Part shown: positions 9,601-19,965 of the stretch, piece by piece
Layout of the letters: the number at the start of each line of letters is the position of its first letter
How positions within the stretch are numbered: position 1 is the stretch's first letter
Source of the DNA: a bacterium
GTDB lineage: Bacteria > Electryoneota > JAOADG01
Assembly: GCA_963681965.1 (NCBI GenBank)
Contig: OY820579.1
Span: 2,176,001-2,240,000 of the forward strand
Length of the DNA: 64,000 bases
Direction: 5' to 3'
Translations under genes and position numbers: made by a program
Notes under the pieces: generated by a model
The model's input: the letters and a program-made list of their open reading frames with translations, nothing else
Told to the model about the DNA's origin: nothing
The model's database searches: none

Positions 9601-10863
9601 TTACAACATCCGCCACAACATTTCGAATGCTTTGTTCACGGTGCGGATCCGGTGTACATGCCGCGGTCCGGGAAAAACAAATTTCTGTGCCGTGATCGCG
9701 AAGCGGTCCCCTTCCTCATACCGCTCGCGCATACAGACACCAATCCAGACTGTTCCGACTGGCTTTTCAGGCGTTCCTCCGTCTGGTCCGGCAATCCCGG
9801 TCACTGCAATCGAGTAATCTGCATTCAACCGGTGACACGCTCCTTCCGCCATCGCCTCGACGGTTTCTTGCGATACCGCACCGAATTCCTGCAAAATTTC
9901 ACTCGGTACATCGAGCATGGCGATCTTAGCATCGTTGTGATACGATACTACCCCGCCGCGATACACTGTGCTGATGCCCGGTACATCGGTGAGTTGCGCG
10001 GCAATCGCGCCGCCGGTACAGCTTTCGGCTGTTGCTAACCATGCTTGACGATGGTGTAGTTCAGACTTAATCAGATCGATCAGCGATTCATTCCCGATCG
10101 CATAGCGAATTGATTGTGTTGCTTTCAGCAAAATCGGGAGTGCCGCATCAATATTCGACTCGGCGGCTTCTTTCGATTCAGCACGCGCGGTCAAGCGGAG
10201 ATCCACCATCCCATGTTTCGGGAGAAATGCAAGTCCGCAGCCTGTCTGCTCGATCTTTTCCAACCCCTCCACACCAATCTTTTCTTGAATTTGCGATTCA
10301 CCCCAGCCAATGGTGCGGATGAATTTAAACGCGATCACTTGTGTCTGAGGAATTGCAGCTAACTTCGGAATAATGGTTTTATCCATCATGATCATCGCTT
10401 CCGATGGCACGCCAGGTAGCACAAAAAGGAATTTTCCATCGCGTTCGATTTCGATCCCGGTGGCGGTACCGATCGGATTGTCGATTCGGGTTGCACCGGT
10501 GGGGAAGAGTGCCTGATTGCGTGCAAAATCGGGGAGTGGGCGGTTCAGGCGAGCATATTTCGCAGTGACGTCTGCCAGCATGTCGTCGTGATGTTCGATC
10601 GGCATTTTAAAATAATCGGCGACCACTTTCTGGGTAAAATCGTCCGGGGTCGGTCCTAAACCACCGGTGGTGATGACGATATCGACCCGGGAGAATGCCC
10701 GATCCAACGCATCGGTCATGGCGGCAGCATCGTCGCCGACTGTTGTCAGGTGGCGCGGTTCGATCCCGATGCTCATCAATTTTGCCGCGATTTCCGTCGC
10801 ATTCGAGTTCAGGGTTTGACCGTAGAGTAATTCGTCGCCGATTCCGATGATTTCCGCTGTCAT
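9601..10863 (-). CDS. cinA: Competence/damage-inducible protein CinA (MoCF-binding plus NMN deamidase PncC domains)
   Basis: IGDELLYG..NSNA, TTGGLGPTPDD, LPGVPSE, TAESCTGG, AVTGIAGPDGG..KPVGTV. ATG at 10863 with a GGAG RBS. Confidence 0.95.
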   Translation of the reverse strand: MTAEIIGIGDELLYGQTLNSNATEIAAKLMSIGIEPRHLTTVGDDAAAMTDALDRAFSRVDIVITTGGLGPTPDDFTQKVVADYFKMPIEHHDDMLADVTAKYARLNRPLPDFARNQALFPTGATRIDNPIGTATGIEIERDGKFLFVLPGVPSEAMIMMDKTIIPKLAAIPQTQVIAFKFIRTIGWGESQIQEKIGVEGLEKIEQTGCGLAFLPKHGMVDLRLTARAESKEAAESNIDAALPILLKATQSIRYAIGNESLIDLIKSELHHRQAWLATAESCTGGAIAAQLTDVPGISTVYRGGVVSYHNDAKIAMLDVPSEILQEFGAVSQETVEAMAEGACHRLNADYSIAVTGIAGPDGGTPEKPVGTVWIGVCMRERYEEGDRFAITAQKFVFPGPRHVHRIRTVNKAFEMLWRML

Positions 10864-11007
10864 GCTTTCACTCCGAGTTAATTGCAAAAAGATAAGACGG
10901 GTTGCCAGCATTCGACAACCCGTGTGGTACAAAGGTTAATTTAACCGCTTAATCGTACATATGGTCGCAATCGTCCGAGATGGTTGTTGGTTGATTAATA
11001 CTATAAA

Positions 11008-13077
11008 CTACTTGATTAAAATGATTTTTTGTGTCAGATATCGGTCACCTTGCGATAACCGCACAAAGTACATCCCCGAAGCCAACGTTTTGCTGTCAAT
11101 TTGACACTGATAGGATCCCGCTTGCCGATAGCCGCGATACAACGATTGGACTTCCCGACCGTTGGGATCGTATAGCGTCAATTCGATCTTTCCGGATTGG
11201 GGCAATGAATACTGGATCTTTGTCGTGCTGTTGAACGGGTTCGGGTAGTTCTGATGCAAGGAAAGATCTTGCGGTAATTCGTTATTGGAATTTGGATCAA
11301 CATCATTTTCGGATTGTTCGGAAATGAACAGTCCCTGATCGGTAACGGCAAAAATGTATGGATTCTGATACTGAAAGAACTTATTGACGTGACCCGGTTC
11401 GACACCTGGAATTGGAATTGACCGAAAAGTATCGCCACAATCATCTGACCGGAACACACCATCGTTGGCATCGACTACGACCGAATTGATCCTGGTGATC
11501 ATCACCTTATAGCAGTTCATATTAAGATTGGTCGCTTCCCAAGTTTGACCTTCATTGCGCGACCGATACAGATTACCACCGCCGAAACCTTGTTTTGCTG
11601 CATAAAGGTAACCGTTATCTCTCACATCAAGTCCGTAGACCCAAGACATTGAGCGTTGAATTGCCCAATGCGCGGAATCGGCGGGGAGTCGACAGAGATA
11701 ATCGTTCGTGCCGACTAACACTGTCCCGTCGCTAGTAGCGGCAATCGAAGCGGGAGTGCTGGTATTATCCGGGAAATACGGGGTATCATGCCAGCTAATC
11801 CCATCGTCGGTGGAATAAATTGGACTCTCCGATGTCCGAAGATAATAAATTTCACCGGTTGGACTGACATACGATCGATAGCCAGTTCCTCCCTGATCGT
11901 CATAATGCCAAATGGAATCTCCCGCCGGTAGCCGGTGTCTGCCGGCAAGGAGGGTCCCGGCATGGGTCAAGGCTAACGGATGATCGACAAAATCCAAAGC
12001 TTCCCATGTATTACCTAAATTTCGACTGAAGAACAAGTGATTGGAATACGACAGCGCGAGAACCTGATCGTTGATATCAACCACGACATCGAAAACACCA
12101 ACTTTGGGAAATCCATTATTGAGTAATACTGGCGCGCTGGAACGATCCCATAACGTAGCACCGTAATGCGCGCCAAACAGGAACGAGCTATTGGATAGTC
12201 GAACCATACACACCGGTGAAGTAACGTGCACGATACGATCCCAGCTAACAGTGGTTGTATTTAATCGATAAAGCCCTTCATCAGTCGTGGCATACAAGAC
12301 GCTATCGCCATCCCAGTAAAAACTCGTTGCGTGTGACGGAATGCGGTTGTAGAATCGCCATGTCGTATCGGATTGAGTAATGTAAAAGATTGAATCCAAG
12401 CTACTGCTTTGGAGCATAGTTGTATCGTTTAACAATGTCACAACCGAACCGTCCCTGCTGCTAGAGTAACGTCGCCAAGTCATTCCAAAATCTAGCGTCA
12501 AATAATAGCCCGAGAGCCATTCTTCATCGTAAGCCAATGCGATCAAACGCCCCCGGTTACAGTTAACAACAGAGCAATAGATCCAAGGTTCGAATGGCTG
12601 ACTGATCGTTACCCAATTCAGTCCCGCATCGGTAGATCTACAGACAGGATTTCCGACAATAACTAGTGTATCGCCATATTGCTGGAGTTCACCACCATTC
12701 ACAATCTGCGAAGAACCAGCGGTATCCCAACTAGCCCCATCATCGGTACTGCGATGCAGTATTGTGGAATATCCCGAACCAATCGATGAAGTCAATAACA
12801 CCGTTCCATTCGGTAACACCACCGGTCTGGTTATCGGAATTAAATTTCCGAATTGGAACGAATCCCATTGTGCGGTAGTCCGGTTCCAATGAAACAATTG
12901 AGTGTAATTTTTACACCAGGCACTGCTGTCTGGAGTAGCCACTATTCCCGAGATATCCGTGACACGCAACGAATTCACGGGAAGCCAGTACGAAAATGCA
13001 AAGCTGGATGCAAGTAATACTAGTAGAATGGAAATCAGGCTGGAAAAGCGTTTCGACAGTTTGAGTACTCGGTTCAT
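11008..13077 (-). CDS. Secreted BNR/Asp-box beta-propeller protein with T9SS C-terminal domain
   Basis: Repeated Asp-boxes (RSTDDGASW, STDAGLNW, STDDGISW, SRNEGQTW). LHQNYPNPFNSTT...QKIILIK. Signal peptide and GGAGG RBS. Confidence 0.85.
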   Translation of the reverse strand: MNRVLKLSKRFSSLISILLVLLASSFAFSYWLPVNSLRVTDISGIVATPDSSAWCKNYTQLFHWNRTTAQWDSFQFGNLIPITRPVVLPNGTVLLTSSIGSGYSTILHRSTDDGASWDTAGSSQIVNGGELQQYGDTLVIVGNPVCRSTDAGLNWVTISQPFEPWIYCSVVNCNRGRLIALAYDEEWLSGYYLTLDFGMTWRRYSSSRDGSVVTLLNDTTMLQSSSLDSIFYITQSDTTWRFYNRIPSHATSFYWDGDSVLYATTDEGLYRLNTTTVSWDRIVHVTSPVCMVRLSNSSFLFGAHYGATLWDRSSAPVLLNNGFPKVGVFDVVVDINDQVLALSYSNHLFFSRNLGNTWEALDFVDHPLALTHAGTLLAGRHRLPAGDSIWHYDDQGGTGYRSYVSPTGEIYYLRTSESPIYSTDDGISWHDTPYFPDNTSTPASIAATSDGTVLVGTNDYLCRLPADSAHWAIQRSMSWVYGLDVRDNGYLYAAKQGFGGGNLYRSRNEGQTWEATNLNMNCYKVMITRINSVVVDANDGVFRSDDCGDTFRSIPIPGVEPGHVNKFFQYQNPYIFAVTDQGLFISEQSENDVDPNSNNELPQDLSLHQNYPNPFNSTTKIQYSLPQSGKIELTLYDPNGREVQSLYRGYRQAGSYQCQIDSKTLASGMYFVRLSQGDRYLTQKIILIK

Positions 13078-13273
13078 AGCATACCTCTCCGTTAGCTGTC
13101 AGGCAGAAACTAATGATCTAACTAGTAATCAACAATTGGGTAAAGGGTGTGAATTGAGGTTAGTAAAAAAGTACTGTATGAAATATGAAGAAGCAATTGA
13201 TTTGAGTCGAAAGGTAAAAATTTTGACAATCCTTCCGAAAGTCACAGAATAGTGAACGAACCGATAAATAAAT

Positions 13274-13469
13274 TGTCTTTACGAAGCTCCGCAGGGGCTG
13301 ATGCCATAAGCCCTAATATTGTATCATGTGTTCTGATTTTGTCTTTGCGAGGAAAACCTTGCGGCAGCGAAGCGGCAAGGTTTAGCGAACACCGATGAAT
13401 CTTGTAAAATGTCTGGTTCGCAACATTCGATGCCCGCATCCTTGTGCGGGCAAAGTGACGAAGCAACCC
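13274..13469 (+). repeat. Two degenerate TGTCATTGCGA...CGAAGCAATC-type palindromic elements
   Basis: tgtctttacgaagctccgcaggggct (13274) and tgtctttgcgagg...gacgaagcaacc (13340-13469), with internal hairpins aaaccttgc..gcaaggttt and tgcccgca..tgcgggca. Same family as 17051. Confidence 0.5.
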
Positions 13470-13507
13470 CGAATGGCACACCGAAGGTAAACTCCTCCTT
13501 TTTTTCC

Positions 13508-13530
13508 GTAGGGGCGAATCGCATTCGCCC
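13508..13530 (+). repeat. GTAG-family REP hairpin
   Basis: gtag-gggcgaat-cgc-attcgccc. Confidence 0.75.
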
Positions 13531-13668
13531 GATGCGTCAAGCAACGCTAGACGCCGTGTAAACAATCTTAGAAATTCCATTCGTGTAAATAATTTACAAT
13601 AGAGGTAAATGAGATTGCCTTCGGCGAGCACTTTGTGGTATACCGTGCTCAGTATTTCGCACTAATCA

Positions 13669-15000
13669 CTAAATCAGTTGTTTAAGGAACCACATCAATT
13701 CATGATGTCCCAATTCATGTTCGAACCACGTAAACAAGTAGAGGCAGATGATCGCTCCAATAGCTTCCCATACCGGCCAAGTGCAAGTCCAACGCTGTTT
13801 CCAAGTGAATTTCCAAAATTGCTTCCAATACCCTTGGGGTTGTTCGGTTGCTGATTTTTTCTCGCGCATCGCTTTCCAGAAATTGTGCGGATAATCGAGG
13901 AATGGCGCTATATCACCATGGAGCGTGGTAATGGCAGCTTTGCGGCTTTGATAACCGATAATTGCCGATGCTCCACAAAGCAGATTCAGTCCCAATAAGC
14001 CCCATTCATTTAACCAACTGGAAGAAAATCCGTTGATGAAAAGCAATGAAATCGGTGCTACCCACCACACAACAAAAGAAATTACCCCATATTGCAGCTT
14101 ATACCACTGCGGCAATTCATCTTTCAGGAAAGTGCGATGTTTCAACAGGAAGAGATTGACAAACCACGGTTGAATTCGCTTTTCGCAGGAGAGACCGTCG
14201 GGAAATTTCGAGGGAAGGTGATCGAGCAATTCCCAATGACGCTGCAAATTCATTTGAACATGGAAGTACCAGTAGAACAGAAAGAGGAAGCCGGAAATCG
14301 CAACCCATTCGAGTGGGAACTTTAAGCCAATCGCTTGAACGTTTAAATTCTGTTTTGTTACCAATGCTAATGGAATAGCGGCGCTGAAGACCAGTAATTG
14401 CCATAGAAGACGACGATTCGATTTAGTGCTCTCGTTGATCGTTCCCAGCATTTCGAATTTCGCGATGCCTTCGGGAAGTCGAGCGCCGGTTAGATTGCAA
14501 TCAGCGAATAATGAATCGAATAATCCTTCTGTTTTGATAATTTGGATAGATTCATAATTTTTTGTTGTTACTTTGGACTGATAGTGAGTAAAATCTGTGA
14601 AACTAAAATTGCATGATCTAATCTTCGCATTTGTAAATCGGGATCCTCGAAATTTAGTGTTGACTGCAATAACATGTTCGAGAACTGAACCAGCTAAGTC
14701 CGTGTTTTCGATAATACAATTATCCATTTCTGAATAACTCAAATCTGTACAAAATAGAGTTGCATGTATTAAACTTGTATTGCTTAATAACGCTCCTTTT
14801 AGTAACCAGTATGATAGATCTTCATCACCCCAATTTTGTTGAATATTGAACATTATTAATCGTCTTTTATCATATGCGTATTTCGAACGATCGGTGATCC
14901 AGTCATTTAGACAATGTTTTATCCATTCTTGATGTAATTGATATAACTTAGTAATATCAACTTTGTTCTCTTTGGATGAATAATTAGAGTGATTTTCCAT
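13669..15000 (-). CDS. Pentapeptide-repeat protein with C-terminal multi-pass membrane domain
   Basis: LHQEW N-terminal motif. A-x-L/F pentapeptide repeats (TDLSY, TDLAG, CNLTGARL). At least four hydrophobic helices after residue ~195. Confidence 0.75.
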   Translation of the reverse strand: MENHSNYSSKENKVDITKLYQLHQEWIKHCLNDWITDRSKYAYDKRRLIMFNIQQNWGDEDLSYWLLKGALLSNTSLIHATLFCTDLSYSEMDNCIIENTDLAGSVLEHVIAVNTKFRGSRFTNAKIRSCNFSFTDFTHYQSKVTTKNYESIQIIKTEGLFDSLFADCNLTGARLPEGIAKFEMLGTINESTKSNRRLLWQLLVFSAAIPLALVTKQNLNVQAIGLKFPLEWVAISGFLFLFYWYFHVQMNLQRHWELLDHLPSKFPDGLSCEKRIQPWFVNLFLLKHRTFLKDELPQWYKLQYGVISFVVWWVAPISLLFINGFSSSWLNEWGLLGLNLLCGASAIIGYQSRKAAITTLHGDIAPFLDYPHNFWKAMREKKSATEQPQGYWKQFWKFTWKQRWTCTWPVWEAIGAIICLYLFTWFEHELGHHELMWFLKQLI

Positions 15001-15092
15001 CTTATGATTTCCATCCGAATGATGATTATTAGTTTTGTTGAATTATTATAATCGTAAGAATAATCGAATGCAATGAAATGACTTTTCACTCT

Positions 15093-15123
15093 AAAAAAAA
15101 TCCGCCCCATTCGGAGCGGATTC
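15093..15123 (-). terminator. Terminator of rpmE-DUF1385
   Basis: A8 followed by tccgccccattcggagcgga, a hairpin with a U tract on the minus strand. Confidence 0.6.
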
Positions 15124-15152
15124 TACTTCATCTTCACTCAAATCTATTTTTT

Positions 15153-16286
15153 TTACGCTGCCGCCTGATAATGCTCGACATTCACCACGGTATCATTCTC
15201 TTCGATCACCCCGGTGATCGCGGCGCGGAGGCTCGTCGCACTCACTTCGAGCATCGCCAGTTCCGGTTCGCGCGTCGTAATCCGTTGCATCCAAAGACCG
15301 GGTTGAATCAGCAGCGCGACAATCCCGATTCGTTTGTTGCGATCGCTCCACTTCAACACTTCGTAGCCAAGACCCGCTACCAGCGGAACAAACGGAAGGT
15401 GTGCCAGCACACGATACAGCGCCTTGTCGAAAGTGATACCAAACGCCTGTAACGTCGCATCGAAAAAGCTGAAGAAAATCATTGTGACGACGACGAGCAC
15501 TAGTAGATAGCTAGTTCCGCAACGTGGGTGAAAACGAGTATGTGGCACCATCCGCGCCGGTTCCACCGGATCGCCTGCCTCATAGGTCGCAATCGCCTTG
15601 TGTTCCGCGCCGTGATACGCATACACCTTGCGGATATCCTTCATGATCGCGATCCCGGCAGTGTAGCCGACCAGTACGATGATGCGGAAACTATTCGCTA
15701 CGATGTGATAGAGGAATTGATTCCCGTCGGCACCGATCGTCCATTTCGCAATCGAGTACGGTAACCAGAGAAAAATCCCGAGTCCGGCGGCAAGACCGAT
15801 GGGGAGGACGATCCAGCCGAGCGCCTTGTCCCAGAAATTCTGTTTTTCGCTTTCCTGTTCCATTCCGGTCGCAATCTTCGCCGACCAGTCCAGCGTTTCC
15901 AATCCGAGTTTGAGCGATTCGTACATCATCCCGACGCCGCGAAACACCGGCTTTTTCCAGATCGGATAGCGATCTTTCAAATTCGGAGTCGGTTGCATTC
16001 GGCAAACGATTTTGCCATCGGGTGCGCGCACCGCCGTAGCGACGTGTTCTTTCGCGCGCATCATCACCCCTTCGATCACGGCTTGTCCGCCGACCGCATT
16101 CGATTTGCGGACACCTAGCCCGTCACCTTGATCGGGTGCGACCGGAATCGACAATCCCGCCGGAGTGATTTCCGGTTCTTCTTCTGCCGCAGCCAGTGCG
16201 ACCGAAGGCGCAAAGACAAGCATGCGCGACAAATAGCTTGCCGCGCGCCGTAAAAATGTCGGACGATGTCGAAGCTTACTTGGCAA
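15153..16286 (-). CDS. DUF1385 (YqhQ-like) membrane protein
   Basis: [25 protein letters not shown] and [12 protein letters not shown] motifs; the usual neighbour of rpmE. Start codon uncertain. Confidence 0.9.
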   Translation of the reverse strand: MPSKLRHRPTFLRRAASYLSRMLVFAPSVALAAAEEEPEITPAGLSIPVAPDQGDGLGVRKSNAVGGQAVIEGVMMRAKEHVATAVRAPDGKIVCRMQPTPNLKDRYPIWKKPVFRGVGMMYESLKLGLETLDWSAKIATGMEQESEKQNFWDKALGWIVLPIGLAAGLGIFLWLPYSIAKWTIGADGNQFLYHIVANSFRIIVLVGYTAGIAIMKDIRKVYAYHGAEHKAIATYEAGDPVEPARMVPHTRFHPRCGTSYLLVLVVVTMIFFSFFDATLQAFGITFDKALYRVLAHLPFVPLVAGLGYEVLKWSDRNKRIGIVALLIQPGLWMQRITTREPELAMLEVSATSLRAAITGVIEENDTVVNVEHYQAAA

Positions 16287-16488
16287 CTCTGCCGTACTTC
16301 TTCAGGAACTTATCGACACGACCTGCCGAGTCGACCAGCTTGTTCTGACCGGTATAGAACGGATGGCAGACGCTGCAGATATCGACCTTGAGTTCGCCTT
16401 TGGTCGTCGTGCTGCGGGTTTCGAATTCATTGCCGCATGCGCAGTGTACTTTCACCATCATGTAATTGGGATGAACTGGGGCTTTCAT
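16276..16488 (-). CDS. rpmE: 50S ribosomal protein L31 (zinc-binding type A)
   Basis: [39 protein letters not shown] at 16488 with a GAGG RBS. Confidence 0.97.
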   Translation of the reverse strand: MKAPVHPNYMMVKVHCACGNEFETRSTTTKGELKVDICSVCHPFYTGQNKLVDSAGRVDKFLKKYGRVAK

Positions 16489-16551
16489 TGTTTCCTCTTT
16501 TCCTACAACAATAGGTCGCTCCTCGTTCGAGGGGCAAATTCGCAAAAGTGA

Positions 16552-16581
16552 AATGTAGGGAATCTCTTATCCCCGATGCAA
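16552..16581 (-). promoter_or_regulatory. Putative sigma70 promoter of rpmE
   Basis: TTGCAT-18 nt-TACATT on the minus strand. Confidence 0.4.
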
Positions 16582-16608
16582 ATTGCGACTGCTGCCGGAC
16601 GATTCGCG

Positions 16609-16941
16609 TTACTTCCCGGATTGCAGCACTTCGACGTTTGGTGCAATGTGGAACGTATCAAGCGGTACGAACTTTTTCCCGCCGATCATGGTACTCTGGG
16701 AGGAATTCGCTTGAATCGGGGATTTTGCAGGGCGCTGATAATAAAAGACGAAGTAAATTACCAGCATGCAAAATATGCCGATCATGGAAAACAGCAACGA
16801 CCGTTGCATCGTTCGCCGCGCACGACGCTGCCGTTTCGATGCACGCGATGCCATCCGGTCGCGGGCAAACTCGAGATATTCCTCTTCCTCCGGCGTCGGG
16901 GGGCGGGGAGTGAACCGTTCGTCTTCGATACCCATATCCAA
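16609..16941 (-). CDS. Small single-pass membrane protein
   Basis: Acidic N-terminus, then an Arg-rich stretch, then a TM helix (LLFSMIGIFCMLVIYFVFYY). GAAGGA upstream. Confidence 0.6.
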   Translation of the reverse strand: MDMGIEDERFTPRPPTPEEEEYLEFARDRMASRASKRQRRARRTMQRSLLFSMIGIFCMLVIYFVFYYQRPAKSPIQANSSQSTMIGGKKFVPLDTFHIAPNVEVLQSGK

Positions 16942-16968
16942 ATATAGTAATTTTCCTTCATTTTTTTA

Positions 16969-17168
16969 GTAGGGGCGGACCCCCGTGTCCGCCCGCAGCT
17001 TGTATCTTTTCTTTCCTAACTCCCACCGCCTATCTCCCAATGCCCTTTTTTGTCATTGCGAACGAAGCGCGCCCGGCGCGCGTAGTGTGGCAATCTATTT
17101 TGTGAAATAAAAAAACGCGGGCTAGCAGCCCGCGCTAAAAAAATGGGTCGAAATAAATTCCGACCCAC
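16969..17168. repeat. Intergenic palindrome cluster
   Basis: GTAG REP at 16969 identical to 481. C-rich heptamers at 17015-17045. TGTCATTGCGA..GGCAATCT element at 17051-17096. Minus-strand hairpins at 17116-17138 and 17145-17168, which may also terminate the upstream gene. Confidence 0.7.
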
Positions 17169-17194
17169 ACACACCAAAATAAAAAAAGAAAAAA

Positions 17195-18280
17195 TTAATC
17201 AGCCGCGGCAGCAACCTCATACTCGGCAACGAGCGAATCGATCAACTCCTTCACCGAAACAATTTTATTGACGCGATATGCATTCAATCCGGCAAACGGA
17301 AAACCGTGTTTGAAATTTCCCTTTTTCGCATTCATCAGTGCCAGCGCGATGCAGTACGGACTGTTCTCCAAATCGCAAGTGATGATGCAATGATAAGGAC
17401 ACTGCAACGGCATCTTCTCGCCGCGATTCACCTTGTCGATAAAACCGTTCCGAATCACGCGCCCCGGCATCCCGACCGGGCTCTTGATAATCGTGATGTC
17501 GTCGGCGGTACAATCGAGATAGGTCTGTTTGAAATCGTCGGAAGCATCGCACTCGAAGGTCGCGACAAATCGCGTTGCCATCTGCACACCGGCAGCGCCA
17601 AGCTGCATGAATTTATGAATATCCGCACCAGTGTAAATTCCGCCGCCGGCAATCACCGGAATCGGTTTTCCAGAATCGACAGAAAATGGTTTGACGGCTT
17701 CGATCACGTCGGGAACGATTTTTTCCAGTGCGAAATCGGGATTGTCGATCTGATCGAGCTTGAATCCAAGGTGACCGCCTGCCTTGGGTCCTTCAACCAC
17801 GACGGCATCGGGCAGATAATGGAATTTTTCCAACCACCGTTTGCAGATGATCGCAGCAGCGCGACCGGAAGAGACGATTGGTACCAATTTAGTTTGCGAA
17901 TCGGGGGTCAAATATTGCGGGAGATTGAGCGGTAAACCGGCACCGGAAAAGATGATGTCGACTTTTTCTTCCAATGCCACGCGGACAACTTCGGCGTAGT
18001 TCGTCAGGGCAACCATAATGTTGACCCCGAGAATACCTTTCGAGGCTGCGCGGAATTTGCGGATTTCGGTGCGGAATGCACGGAGATTGGCTTCGATGAA
18101 ATCGGAAAAATAATCCGTCTCATCGCAACCGATGCCCGCTGTGGCGATAACGCCGATGCCCCCTTCGTTGGCAACTGCCGCCGAAAGTCCGGACAACGAG
18201 ATTCCTACACCCATCCCGCCCTGAACAATGGGGATACGGGCAATCAAGTTACCCAACGATAATGAACTTAACTTATTCAC
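17195..18280 (-). CDS. Nitronate monooxygenase family flavoprotein, FabX-like (FMN plus predicted Fe-S)
   Basis: PIVQGGMGVGIS, FSGAGLP, VEGPKAGGHLG, KSPVGMPGR and a Cys cluster CPYHCIITC...YCI. Start is GTG 18280 or ATG 18325. Confidence 0.85.
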   Translation of the reverse strand: MNKLSSLSLGNLIARIPIVQGGMGVGISLSGLSAAVANEGGIGVIATAGIGCDETDYFSDFIEANLRAFRTEIRKFRAASKGILGVNIMVALTNYAEVVRVALEEKVDIIFSGAGLPLNLPQYLTPDSQTKLVPIVSSGRAAAIICKRWLEKFHYLPDAVVVEGPKAGGHLGFKLDQIDNPDFALEKIVPDVIEAVKPFSVDSGKPIPVIAGGGIYTGADIHKFMQLGAAGVQMATRFVATFECDASDDFKQTYLDCTADDITIIKSPVGMPGRVIRNGFIDKVNRGEKMPLQCPYHCIITCDLENSPYCIALALMNAKKGNFKHGFPFAGLNAYRVNKIVSVKELIDSLVAEYEVAAAAD

Positions 18281-18797
18281 AGCCGATTCCCGTGCACATC
18301 TCTGAAGAAGTGTGCCTGTTTGCATCTGGCGTCAACGCTCAACCGAAAATCCAGAATCAATAAGCGATTTAAACCGGCTGGTCAGACGATGATGGGATAA
18401 TTTTCGTATGATCAAATCCTACAATGAGTCGAAGTATATGGTAGATTTCACGATTTCACAATTTGTGCGATCTCCTGACAAAAGATACGTAACTTCAACC
18501 GGAAAAGATAATACTCTATCAATCCGATAATACTTATTTTGTAATGTTATTCCCAAAAATACTTGCGTAAACAATGCAATATATTGTATAATCAACATGC
18601 CAAACAAAATTACCAATTCCATGTAGATCTCGAAAAAATTTGTGACTCAATCCTCGGACATTTTATCTTCAGATAACTGCATTGATATTATAGAACATAC
18701 AATCAGAACGCCGCATTTTTGAAATTAGCAGTTTAGAAATATTAGTATCGATACGATAATAATAGTGATAGTATTACTCTAAGTATGAGGAGTCGGC

Positions 18798-19955
18798 ATG
18801 AACTGGCTGGTCATCGGTTTGAATTATTTCAATCGTGAAATTCGGGAAGCGGGCGACGACTTCCGGTTTGTGCCGTGCCGAATCTCAAATGATGGCTTGA
18901 CCTACATTCCGCATGTCGTTACGAAATTGCGTAGCGAAGGTTTCCAACCCGATGCTGTGTTCCTTGGCGACTTCAGTGGACCTCCCGGTATCTATGGATT
19001 GGAGATGCTCGACATTCCTTCGGCATTCTTCTGCATCGATCCGCACTTTCATATCGACTGGTATCAATATTGGGCACAAGCATGGGACCTGATGCTTGTC
19101 GCTGAAAGCGATTACATCCCGCAGATGAAACTGGTCGCACCGTCAACCCCGACCGTGCGCTACCCGCTGTTCGGACGCAATGACGCGCCACCCGAACGTG
19201 AGCGCGACATTCCAGTGGCGTTCGTCGGCACGCGCGATAAAGATAAGATTCCCGAACGGGAGGAATTTTTCCTTGCACTGGAAAACCGGATTCCACTATC
19301 GCAACTGACTGGGGATTGGCGTGAACCGTATTCGCGGGCGAAGATTGTCGTCAATTTCGCGCAATACTACGATCTCAATTTCCGCCATTTCGAAGCGATG
19401 AGCAGTGGTGCGTTGCTGATTGCCGAACGGATCCAGAATGGGATGCCGGAGCTATTCAAAGACGGCGAGCATTTTGTTGGTTACGACTACCGGAATTGGG
19501 ATGAATTGGTTGACAAGGTGCACTATTATCTCGCACATGACGAGGAACGAGAGCGGATTGCGAAAGCCGGACAGGCGCTCGTTTTACAGCATCACACGCC
19601 GCGCGAACGTTACCGGCAATTGCGTGAATTGATTCAATCCCCGGAAGTAAAACAACGGTTGCGCGAACGACTAGCCGATCCTGTCAGCGCGCGCTATGGC
19701 GAGAGCGAAGCGTTTTCGCGTTATGGGAAGCGGCTGAACAAATTGCAGTTCAAATTGATTTTCGAGGGGATGGCGGCACGCGTTGTTTTACAGAATCCGG
19801 AAACAACCGATGCGGAGAAACTTGCATTATTCCAAACGTTCTCGCGGCAAGATGCACTCTCGTTTGCGATGAATCAATTTTCGCGCGATATCGGCGACGA
19901 TCCGGTGATGCAGCGCTCCATCGCGCTCTACAAAACCTTCCGTAGGCAGCATTAA
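18798..19955 (+). CDS. Glycosyltransferase, CgeB/DUF3880 family (GT-B)
   Basis: IDPH, IPVAFVG, YSRAKIVVN...LNFRHFEAMSSGALLI...FKDGEH...YYLAHDEERERIAKAG...HT. GAGGAG RBS. Confidence 0.85.
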   Translation: MNWLVIGLNYFNREIREAGDDFRFVPCRISNDGLTYIPHVVTKLRSEGFQPDAVFLGDFSGPPGIYGLEMLDIPSAFFCIDPHFHIDWYQYWAQAWDLMLVAESDYIPQMKLVAPSTPTVRYPLFGRNDAPPERERDIPVAFVGTRDKDKIPEREEFFLALENRIPLSQLTGDWREPYSRAKIVVNFAQYYDLNFRHFEAMSSGALLIAERIQNGMPELFKDGEHFVGYDYRNWDELVDKVHYYLAHDEERERIAKAGQALVLQHHTPRERYRQLRELIQSPEVKQRLRERLADPVSARYGESEAFSRYGKRLNKLQFKLIFEGMAARVVLQNPETTDAEKLALFQTFSRQDALSFAMNQFSRDIGDDPVMQRSIALYKTFRRQH

Positions 19956-19965
19956 TTATTTTTAC

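Noticed and set aside
13330-13400. Cyclic-di-GMP riboswitch upstream of the BNR-propeller gene
   Set aside because: Only a GCAAAG-like word matches. The GGCAAAC/GNRA architecture is absent, and the hairpins are better explained by the palindromic repeat family. Not tested with Infernal.
13242-13631. 129-aa ORF, and similar ORFs at 1613..1864, 20080..20298 and 28480..28887
   Set aside because: These are translations through REP/palindrome clusters (e.g. VGADPR, RGGLPCPP) with no RBS or protein-like features.
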